Shown: piece by piece, positions 23,653 to 33,292 of the stretch
How positions within the stretch are numbered: position 1 is the stretch's first letter
Layout: the number at the start of each line of letters is the position of its first letter
Origin: Octopus bimaculoides
Lineage: Eukaryota
Reading direction: 5' to 3'
DNA: 33,292 nucleotides
Assembly: GCF_001194135.2 (NCBI RefSeq)
Contig: NC_068987.1
Coordinates: 14,462,508-14,495,799 of the forward strand
Notes under the pieces: model-generated
What the model was told of the DNA's origin: nothing
Database searches by the model: none
The model's input: only the letters and a program-made list of their open reading frames with translations
Made by a program: the position numbers and the translations under genes

Positions 23653-23806
23653 ATGAGGGGGTGCTGAAAAGGTGCTGAAAAACTGAAGGGCCACTGCAGC
23701 AAGTGTGCGAATCTGTGATGGGAATATGCTGAATAAAATCATAATTAACTTATTGTCCTGTATTTTCTTTTACCCAAAGCCAGGAATTTTTCAGCACACC
23801 CTCGTA
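23652..23806 (+). mobile_element. mariner-derived MITE, copy 2 (internally deleted)
   Basis: gagggggtgctgaaaa..aaagccaggaatttttcagcacaccctcgta; interior homologous to copy 1. Confidence 0.85.
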
Positions 23807-24157
23807 GTTCTGTCGGCGAAGGTATAGGTGAGCGGGTACCAAGGGGGCGGCCGGCAGCCTGAAAATTTTGGGTATACAGTGTATACGGGATAGACGGGAC
23901 AGCTGAATGAACTGTACCGTGCCATATTGTCCCAGTGCGTCACATACGATAAACACCTGCATTTCGAAATGTGAGTAGTAAGGACTTTTGTTTTTAGGGG
24001 TAACGATCGATATCCATAGGTATCAATAAATATCTGGATCGTATCTTTATTACACGATCGATTATCATCGTGCCATAACATGACTACTCGTTGATAGCTG
24101 ACCTAGGGCTAAACAATCCAGAATACTAATAACTGAAAAAAAACAAACAAGAAACAA

Positions 24158-24592
24158 AATGATGATGACGAGGACGAAGTCGCCGATGTCGATGATGATG
24201 ATGATGGCATTTGGAATGATGATGATGATAACGGTGATGTTGGTGATGATAAGAACAGCTGAGTAGATAGAAACTGCGTCGACATGTGTGTTAAGATAGA
24301 TGAGTTTTATCTCTACATTACAGTTTATGTCCTAAAGCTAACAACATTCACAAGAAGAATGCAAAAGAAAGAAAAGAAAACAAAAAGAAGAAAAATCGAA
24401 GAGGGCCGAGGAGAAAAAGAAGAAGAAAAGAACGACGATGATGATGATGATGATGATGGAGTGGTAATAGTGTGATGGTGATGGTGATGATGTTCTTGAT
24501 GATGGTGGTGATGATAATGGTGGTGGTGGCGATGATAATGATTATGATGATGAAGATGAGGATAATGGTAATAATGATGATGATGGTGATGT
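24158..24592. repeat. degenerate (GAT)/(GGT)/(GAA) trinucleotide low-complexity tract
   Basis: Direct reading; source of the His/Ile/Asp-rich ORFs. Confidence 0.9.
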
Positions 24593-25007
24593 TGAAAGCA
24601 AAAAAAAACCCCCAAAAAACCCAAAGATAAGTAAAAAAAATAAAGGAAAACAAAACCAGGAAGAGGAATAGGAAGAGGAAACGATGAAGGAAAATCTGAC
24701 AGAAGCAAATAAGAGAAAGAGAAACCTATTCCCCTCCCCACAAGTTTAAATTGTAATTCTATCTTAGAATGCAAATGATTCCAATAGCCGGAGGCTACTC
24801 AGTAGGGATGCCAACTAGTTAAAAATTTATTCAAAATTGAAAGTTAGAAAGGTTCAAGAGCACTTCCCTTCCACTCATACGCATGCGTATATCTCAGTTT
24901 ACACGCATGCATGTTTATATATAAATGTGTGAGAGCATGTGCGTGTGTGCCTGTACGTGTGTGTGTATGTTTGCATCTATCTATCTATCTATCTATCTAT
25001 ACCTTCA

Positions 25008-25060
<53 letters not shown>

Positions 25061-25062
25061 CA

Positions 25063-25098
<36 letters not shown>

Positions 25099-26159
25099 TA
25101 TTGAGAGAAAAGTATGGAGACATAGAGATAACCTATCGAAAGCTTGTGCTTGTGAAGTTGTTTGGCACACACTCATACATATTATACATATCTATACATA
25201 TGTATATGATATATAAATAGATACACACACATACATACATGCATACATACATGTATACATATACACCCCTCCCCCCCCGCACGCACGCACGAAACCACAC
25301 ACACACATACATGCATACAAACGTACATAATACATACTAGTAGAATATTTGGTGTTGTCCACGCTAAAAGTAGTTGTGTATGGCCCAGAACTGTCCTAAA
25401 TGAAGGTGTATTCGATTCAATAAAATATTATTATTGATCTTCTCTTAAAAAAATGTGTCTTCTAGAGAAGAAATGAAACTACGTTTACAGCAGTACAATA
25501 TTTAATGTGCTGTGCTACAGGAGATAGGGAATCAATATTAATAATATATTTTATAATGCAATTATGTAATTAACATATCATTTGAATTTACCATTAAACA
25601 TTATATTTTATTGGTTTCATTTTGAAATTCTTAACGTCTTTAAAATAATTTGAAAAATGAGTAGAAATTGGAATTTCAATGGTTAAATCACCCATGAAAA
25701 TAAAACCGTTTTTACAACGTGTGAAACTGAAGAGCATGGAAGAAACTAATACTTTCAAATATTGCGGCTGGCCAGAAGCAATGCATACATTTAAAAAATG
25801 ATATGGAGAGTTGTAATGAACCCTTAAGTAGTAGATCTTCGTGTTTTAAGTTCAAATCCCGCCGAAGTCAACTTGGCCGTTTATCCTTTAGGGAGCGTTG
25901 TAAAATATTCCAAGTAGAGTGGCGGATTAGCAGTACTGTAAAAACCATCGGGCCAGATGCTTTGCTTGCGATATTTGTTCCAGATATTTGTATTCTGAGT
26001 TCAAATCCCGCCGAGCTCAACTTTCGGAGGTGGGCTCAAAGGTTTCAATTCATGTTGGTGGATTGGCGAGACTGTGAGAACGTTGGACCAGGTATCTTCT
26101 GCTATTTGTTTCGGATACTTCCGTTCTTAGTTAAAATTTTGCCATGGCCTGTTTAGGTT

Positions 26160-26325
26160 GTAGACCTAAAACGTCGCCCATTTTAACAACACCACCCAGT
26201 ACTTTGGGTATCTTTGGCAGAGCCCATTATTCAGACCATGTCTGCTCTTTCAGGACACTTTCCATTATCCCTCCCAACGGTCCTTAAGTTCCTGTAAATA
26301 GTCATGGACGCTGCCTTTCCTTCTG
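26160..26325 (-). mobile_element. possible decayed R4/Dong C-terminal (RLE-region) fragment
   Basis: DYLQELKDRW..IMGSAKD resembles KYQDLK..LW..VVIGALG. Matched by eye only. Confidence 0.4.
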
Positions 26326-26467
26326 ACTACAAAATATTAAAAAAAAGGCATCGGAGGGGCGATGTATACCCTGCACGCAGATGAATTTTTTCATAAATTA
26401 TAGTGTGGTTTACAATGCATTGCTTACCCAATTTTTTTTTCAAGTATCACCATTATAAGTATTTATA

Positions 26468-26780
26468 ACGATAAACGTCGCCTTTTCAAAGCCTAGCCAG
26501 GCTCATGGGCCCGGTTTCCCGGTTTCTATGGCGTATGTGTTTCCCCCAGCTGGACGGGACGCCAGTCCATCGCAGCGTTACTCAAGAAACAGGAAGAAAG
26601 AGTGAGAGAAAGTTGGGGGTGAAAGAGTACAGCAGGGGTCACCACCACCCCCTGCCGGAGCCTCGTGGAGCTTGGGTGTATTCGCTCAATAAACACTCAC
26701 AACGCCCGGTCTGGGAATCGAAACCACGATCCTCCGACCGAGAGTCCGCTGCCCTAACCACTGGGCCATTGCGCCTCCAC
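26468..26780 (-). mobile_element. tRNA-derived SINE, family A head and body with alternative tail type 2; 13-bp TSD
   Basis: 26585-26780 matches the first ~190 nt of 2503-2880 and the tail differs. TSD ataagtatttata at 26455-26467 and 26781-26793. Confidence 0.92.
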
Positions 26781-27385
26781 ATAAGTATTTATACTTCGGT
26801 GAAATTAAGAAATCAACTCGTAAATAAACGAAACTCTTGAATTCATGACTATACACACACACGCACGCGCGCGCACACACATACACATACACACAGATGA
26901 TACAATTCCTAGTCAGTCATAGCCGAGATCAATCTAAATTACATAAATGCATAAATTCTTTTAGATTAAATGAGCTCTAGGACTCATAAACCTGGAGCTT
27001 AATCTGGTTTACCTGGTGTAAAGTACATGATTGAGGTTACAACGCTCCTTCCTGAATGAGACGCCTGTCTATCGCAGGGTTAACTTCCCATCTATTGATG
27101 GAACTCGTTTACAGTTGAGTTGATAGGAACAACTTGAAATAAAGTATTTTTGTTCAAGAACGAGTCGTGTTGCTTAATCCGAGAATTGAATCTACGATAT
27201 TACAGTCACGAGGGCATTCACCTCTATAGCCGAATTATTGGAGAACCATTTTTCTGTCTAGCAATAAACTTGAAGGTTCTCAGGAATATACAATTTATGC
27301 AGGATAGTAAACACATTATTGCCCATTAATTGGCAGGAATTGCTATATTATAGAAATTATAGATATAGGAATTGCTATATTATAT

Positions 27386-27595
27386 AAAGACAGCAAGCTG
27401 GTAGAAACGTTAGCACGCCGGGCGAAATGCTAAGCGTTATTTCGTCTGCCGTTACGTTCTGAGTTCAAATTCCACCGAGGCCGACTTTTCCTTTCATCCT
27501 TTCGGGCTCGATAAATTAAGTACCACTTACGCACTGGGGTCGATGTAATCGACCTGATACCTTTGTCTGTTCTTGTTTGTCCCCTCCATGTTTAG
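27386..27595 (+). mobile_element. SINE family B (tail ..ctttgtctgttcttgtttgtcccctccatgtttag)
   Basis: Full head and core, with a different tail from the other copies. Confidence 0.9.
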
Positions 27596-27767
27596 TAATA
27601 AATGAATGGCTATATTATAGAAATATCAACAACAGTTGACATTGCTGATTGCAACATTTTAGGACGCATGTATTACTCTTTTGCATATCTATTTGTGCGT
27701 TAGGCAATGGTGTTTCCTGTTAGAATCACCTCTAGTATCAATTTGTCTGCTGTCTTAACCATTGTGC

Positions 27768-28478
27768 TTATAAGAACTGGTTCCTGATGACATTGCTTTC
27801 GGAAGAAAAACTCCTCTCTTCATCATGCAACAAATTTTTAACAAAAACTGACCAGATATCTGATCTCCACAGAAGATGGACGTTAGTGTTTGTAGAGTGT
27901 CGTCGTTTTAAGACAAGCATCGATATAATCGGCTCTGGTACTTTTTGCAATGGTCGACTGGGTATTAGGAAAGTAACGACATCACAACTACTTATTCCGT
28001 TTAAGCTCAATTGTCACCGAAGCCCAGCACTATTTTGCCCAGATCTTCTAAAGCTCTCTTGTGTGTTCAGGTCTTCTTGATCTCTCTTGTGTGCGACTAA
28101 CTCTAGACAATAATCTGGCATCTCCCAAGAACTGTTTGATTCCCGATATTCTTCGCAATGTTGCATAACAAGTGCATCATCTGCGCCTAAGGGAAAGAGT
28201 AACATAACAGAATACAAATCTCTCTGGTCTGTCGTGAGCCTAGATTTATTGTCAAGGATACAGACTGTTAATGTGTCAACTCAACGCTCTTCTCTTTTAA
28301 GTTTCTGTTGAAGAATTATTGATTTCAGAGCAGTTAGATTTAGACAGGTCATATATTTGAAATGTGAGTTATCTTCCCTTGTTGCAGCCTCATGAAATCT
28401 CTCAAGAGACTTTTCTTAAGTATTTGAAAAAAGCTTTTCAAAATCTTTTGCTATATTGAACAGTTTTTTAAGACAATA
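27768..28478 (-). pseudogene. putative decayed coding sequence of unknown family (237 codons, 3 internal stops)
   Basis: One minus frame with internal stops only at 28418-16, 28283-81 and 28016-14. Ordinary globular composition, non-repetitive. No family recognised. Confidence 0.35.
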
Positions 28479-29090
28479 CTAAAAACTATTCACGCTTTTA
28501 TAATCCTTTTGATTTTTTTTGTTCTCTTAAAAAGCAAAGCAAATTAATTTTGCCTGAAGTATTCCAAGAATGTAATTCTAACTGTGAGAATTTGATTTTT
28601 GCCACTTGATTGGTTTCCGAAATATATACGCATCTAATTGATGAACGAGAGAGATACCAATATCAAGGTTGATTAAACCATTTTAAAATGACTTAATTTA
28701 TAACATTGATTACATTTTATTTTCCACTCGACTTTGCGTACGTGAATGCGTGGTCAGATTTATCCTGTTGCTGCTGATATAGTTGTTGTTGTTGTTGCCA
28801 CTGTTTTTATTGTTGTTGTAGTTGTTGTTGTTACTGCTCCTGCTGTTGCTGTTAGTGCTATTGTTACTGTTGTTTAGCTCTAGGTCAGCGCTGTTCGAAT
28901 TTACATAAGATTGATCAGAAGCATTCCGGCCGTAATCAGACATATTTAAGACTACATTATCCGATGCGTTGTTACTTCTAGCAGTCTGATCGACCACGTA
29001 GAGGCATCCGCATTGAATCAGTCAACTTTGAGTTTTACTAAAAGACCTGAGTTAACCAATCACAAATTAACCCTCTCCCTCGAGAAATAT

Positions 29091-29464
29091 GTTGTTGGCA
29101 CTCCGTCGCTTACGACGTCGAGGGTTCCAGTTGATCCGACCAACGGAACAGCCTGCTCGTGAAATTAACGTGCATGTGGCTGATTACTCCACAGACACGT
29201 GTAGCCTTAACGTAGTTCTCGGGGATATTCAGAGTGACACAGTGTGACAAGGCTGACCGTTTGAATTACAGGCACAACAGAAACAGGAAGTAAGAGTAAG
29301 AGAAAGTTGTGGTGAAAGAGTACAGCAGGGTTCGCCACCATCCCCTGCCGGAGCCTCATGTATTTTCGCTCAATAAACACTCACAACGCCCGGTTTGGGA
29401 ATCGAAACCGCGATGCTATGACTGCGAGTCCGCTGCCCTAACCACTGGGCCATTGCGCCTCCAC
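29091..29464 (-). mobile_element. tRNA-derived SINE, family A, tail type 1; 12-bp TSD
   Basis: Reverse complement of the 2503-2880 family. TSD ctcgagaaatat at 29079-29090 and 29466-29477. Confidence 0.93.
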
Positions 29465-30064
29465 TCTCGAGAAATATATTTTGTAAATAAAACAAAGAAA
29501 CCGTGTTACTACGTTTTAGATGTATTTTTAAAAGCGTTTTGACATTTTACAATACATAATATTTTATACTAAAAGTGGCGGATATTACGCTACATGTGTA
29601 TTTTAATTGGCTGTCAGGACTATTCCACAATGTAATAGTAATTATGTTAGTTTTAATTAGCAGATCTAACATAATTGGATGTGCTGTTTATAACACCTAG
29701 GACATCTCGTGTAGACGACAAATGCTTAAGAACACTGATAATGTCGGTTGACGACATTTCGTCAGCACCGGCGGATGACACTCTTATATCATGTGATTTC
29801 CCCGTATTACAGATCGTCATTAACAATCAGCCAAACACGAAATGCCAGACGAAAAACTCAGCCAAACCGATGTAGTTTAGTACCGGTTAAACAGCCAGTG
29901 AGGTCGCGAATAACTGGTGGGATGCGTATAAATTAGCTGTTTGCAACAGAAGCAGCTTTTGTAACGAAAACGTTTAATTTAACTTCTAACATAGATATTA
30001 AAGATGTAATGAACAATCTTTATTTTGTAACGATTAATACCAAATCCATCTTCTGGTTACTTAA

Positions 30065-30112
<48 letters not shown>

Positions 30113-30207
30113 NNNNNNNNNNAATATACAAATAATAACAACAGACGAGGACAGGTGGTGTAAATAACAAAAGTATATATTAGTATGACGCTCGGGAATA
30201 CGGAAAG

Positions 30208-30244
30208 TCTTTGACGTTTCGCGTTACGCTCTTCAACAGAAAGA
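30208..30244 (-). ncRNA. minimal hammerhead-ribozyme-like motif (variant), probably in a Penelope-like terminal-repeat remnant
   Basis: Minus strand UCUUU-CUG(UUG)AAGA-GCGUAACGC-GAA-ACGU-C-AAAGA gives helix I of 5 bp, helix II of 3 bp, a palindromic helix III and a GUC triplet. There is a 3-nt insertion in the CUGANGA core. Confidence 0.5.
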
Positions 30245-30402
30245 ATACGGAGACAAGGAGAAAAACACGGAGAAAAAAAATTGAATAGTGTTCAGTCAAC
30301 GGTCAATCATAATATATATACATACATACATACAAATATAAAAACAGAGTGTGTGTTTGTGGGCAAAATGATCATCCTCAAATATGTGTGAGTGTGTGTG
30401 TG

Positions 30403-30510
<108 letters not shown>

Positions 30511-31000
30511 AGTTTGTCTGTCTAATTTTGAATAGAATGCTTAGTGGTATACCAACTCTGTGCAATCTTGAGTTCAAATCTCGTTGCGGTATCAACTTTG
30601 TCTTTCATCTTTTCGGGGCCGATAAAAATGTACCAAATTACCAATCTAGCATTGTTAAATTAGTGGAATTCTTAGAGCATCGGACGGGATGATTTATACG
30701 TTTTTGAGTTCAAAGGCAACCTCATCACCGATAAATGAAGACACTAGCTGCTTGAGTCGCAACCGAAAGATAGTATCAACAATTTGAAAAACCAATTGGA
30801 ACATATTATCCTTGGTTCAACCGGAAGATCGCCTGCCGCATTCATCTACCTTTAATCTTTTACTAGCCTAATGCTGTACACTAGTCTGTTCACGTCCTCC
30901 ATGTCTGTTTCTGGGAGGCAAAGGTTTCGTTTGGTTTCACTGGGACAGTTTTGTATAGCAAGTTAGCCTTTTTTGTTATAAGAAAATCTAACTTCTAGAT

Positions 31001-31329
31001 CAGTGGTTCTCAACGAGGGCCCAGACGGCTGTTGGGGGTCCATTCGGCCATTGAGGGTCCATACGGCCGTTGGAGTCCATGTGGCCGTTGGAGGTCCATG
31101 CCGCCGTTGGGGTTCCATATAAGATTTAGATGTTAAAAATTATATGCATTAAATTGGTCATCCTTCGACAATACACATAATAATTTTACAATTTTTTAAT
31201 ACAATTCCTAATGATATTGAAGTACAAAAATATAATAGGATTTTTTAAACAACGAATGGCTATGAGGGTTCAACCGAATAAAACAGGAATCAAAGGGGTC
31301 CAGAGATAAAAAATGGTTGAGTGTTACTG
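31001..31329. mobile_element. hAT (Charlie-like) MITE with 8-bp TSD and internal 19-bp minisatellite
   Basis: TIRs cagtggttctcaac / gttgagtgttactg. TSD ttctagat (30993-31000) / ttctagac (31330-31337) fits the NTCTAGAN preference of Charlie-type hATs. Confidence 0.9.
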
Positions 31330-31429
31330 TTCTAGACCAATCCTCTTTTACTCGAGCTAGGGAACCTGTTGGTATTTTCATCTGAATGGCTATAATCAAG
31401 CAAAGATCAACCAACTCTGAGAGAGAGGG

Positions 31430-31592
31430 AGAGAAGGGGGGTAATCGAGAGGAATTGACTGGTATTTTATTTATCGACTCCGGAAAGATGAAAGACAAAA
31501 TTTGCGCCGGCGTGATTTGAGCTCAGAATGCAAAGAACCATAAAAATGCCACAAAGCATTTTACTCGACGCTTTAACGATTCCGCCAATAGA
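31430..31592 (-). mobile_element. SINE family B (diverged)
   Basis: ggtattttatttatcgactccggaaagatgaaagacaaaa..tttgagctcagaatg..aacgattccgcca. Confidence 0.75.
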
Positions 31593-31630
31593 TTGTCTTT
31601 ACAAATACATACACAAAACCACACGCATAG

Positions 31631-31661
<31 letters not shown>

Positions 31662-32024
31662 GATAAATAAGCAGATAAGTAGAGTAAGTAAGGGAGTGAC
31701 GGTGAGACAAATTGTAGGAAAACATTGAAATTGTTGGCATATTGTAACGCCAGTATGTTGAATAATGCATACACGCGCACACACATATACATACATACAT
31801 ACTTACATATATATATATATATATATATATATAGGGAAGAAAGAAAGCGTATAGCAGTAAGACGAAAACTAGGCAACATATAAGAACGGNNNNNNNNNNN
31901 NNNNNNNNNNNNNNNNNNNNNNNNNNNNNNNNNNNNNNNNNNNNNNNNNNNNNNNNNNNNNNNNNNNNNNNNNNNNNNNNNNNNNNNNNNNNNNNNNNNN
32001 NNNNNNNNNNNNNNNNNNNNNNNN

Positions 32025-32054
<30 letters not shown>

Positions 32055-32057
<3 letters not shown>

Positions 32058-33060
32058 ATATCTGCTTTGTGTATATCAATCTAAAAGACTGCAAAGTGGA
32101 CATCGCCTCGCGCCCAATATGTAGATTAATCAAGCTCCGCAGAGGGAACTCTCTTTAAGTGACATCAGATGATAGAATATGGAAGAAGTCAAAAGGAAAA
32201 TAGTTTTATCTTAATCAGTTGATTTAACAACATTAGAAATAAAGGAAATTCGAAGTTACTTAATTCAGTATTGTTACATTATGTCTATGCATTTCTGAAT
32301 CATTACTCACTAGCGCACAAAACATTGTTAAGGTATATGGCAGTATTAATAATGACAACAGAGAAATCATTGTGCATATTAGACTCACTCAACTTGATTA
32401 AAAAACACAACAGAATTTCCAGAGTTAGTTTGATGCCTGGATGGAATGATGTTCCAGTAGAACATTGTGATAGTGCTGAGAAAGTGGACTCGTTGACCTC
32501 TATATCTGAGATGCGCAAATGAAAAAGGCACAACTATAAATATTTGCTTATATAGCGACGACAGGTTTCACCTATCATAGCTTACCATCAACCACACAAT
32601 AGACAAATTAAGAAAAGTCTATCTTAAGCACCTTAAACAATTTCAGCCTTAAAACAACGATATCCACAACTTAAATGTTACACATCACTTGAGCAAAGAT
32701 ATTCATAAGCCCTACACGAAACCAAATGAAAATCCCTAATATATTAATAAGGATTCGAATCACCCACATACACTATTCAAAAACCTAGTCGAAATTATAA
32801 GCAGAAGATTCTTTGACTTAGCACCACATAAAGCTATCTGCAACGTAACCTTCCCTCATTATAATAAAGCTCTAGCGACAACTTATATAAAGATAGGATC
32901 TTGTGGCACCCACTTTTCTCATTAAACGTCAAATCTAAAGTGGCTAAATAGTTCTGAGATACCGTTGATACGCACATCCCGATCAGCGACCGATACAAAA
33001 ATAGAATGAATTCATTAAAAACATTTTAAAATTAAGTTGTGCATCAAAGGCAAACAGTAA
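32055..33060 (+). mobile_element. decayed Penelope-like element (RT and linker region)
   Basis: Ordered motifs: PICRLI (cf. PKCRLINP), FNNIRNK, DVPVEHCDSAE (cf. DVTMGSFDGAE), LVDLYI, YSDD (cf. YRDD), KPYTKPNENP*YINKDSNHP, HYNKAL, PLFSLNVKSKVAK..VDTHIP. Confidence 0.88.
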
Positions 33061-33152
33061 AATATACAAGTCTTTATTGCCCACAAGTGGCTAAACATAG
33101 AAGGGACAAACAAGGACAGACAAAGGGATTAAGTCGATTACATCGACCCCAT

Positions 33153-33292
33153 TGTGTCTTCTACTATAGCCTCGGGCCGACCAAAGCCTTGTGAGTGGAT
33201 TTGGTAGACGGAAACTGAAAGAAGACCGTCGTATATATGTATATATGTATGTGTGTGTATATGTTTGCGTGTCTGTGTTTGTCCCCCCAACA
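33153..33292 (+). mobile_element. SINE family C, 5'-truncated, continuing past the window end
   Basis: gtgtcttctactatagcctcgggccgaccaaagccttgtgagtggatttggtagacggaaactgaaagaag. Confidence 0.9.

Noticed and set aside
24325-24774. 149-aa His-rich ORF and overlapping Ile/Asp-rich ORFs
   Set aside because: Products of degenerate GAT/GGT repeats; several frames are open for compositional reasons.
27768-28260. Faint by-eye similarity of MLLFP and LLWRSDIW to SAMD9-like C-termini
   Set aside because: Motif spacing does not fit and the words are too short; cannot be supported without a profile search.
28710-28997. 95-aa Asn/Ser-rich ORF
   Set aside because: The core is an (AAC/AGC)-type microsatellite, and the flank looks like a dispersed repeat.

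Overview
AT-rich eukaryotic draft-assembly DNA with many N gaps next to microsatellites. The SINE families, the (TA)n/(CA)n/(TATG)n/(TATC)n/(ATT)n load and the TE mix look like an octopus (coleoid cephalopod) genome; this is inferred from recall, not a database search. I cannot confidently identify any intact protein-coding gene, and nearly all ORFs in the supplied track are microsatellite, gap or SINE artefacts. The window is intronic or intergenic and dominated by TEs. It holds at least four tRNA-type SINE families (about 30 copies or fragments), decayed R4/Dong-clade LINE pieces beside TAA repeats, and a decayed Penelope-like RT. It also holds possible RTE fragments and three MITE types (hAT with 8-bp TSD, mariner, Tigger/pogo). 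The best leads are: a minimal hammerhead-ribozyme-like motif (30208-30244, minus), a near-perfect 135-bp palindrome (4698-4832), SINEs with one head but swapped 3' tails each with its own TSD, a 237-codon stop-poor frame of unknown origin (27768-28478, minus), and weak hints of a minus-strand spliced transcript whose candidate exon is bracketed by inverted SINEs. No clearly new biological system is demonstrated.
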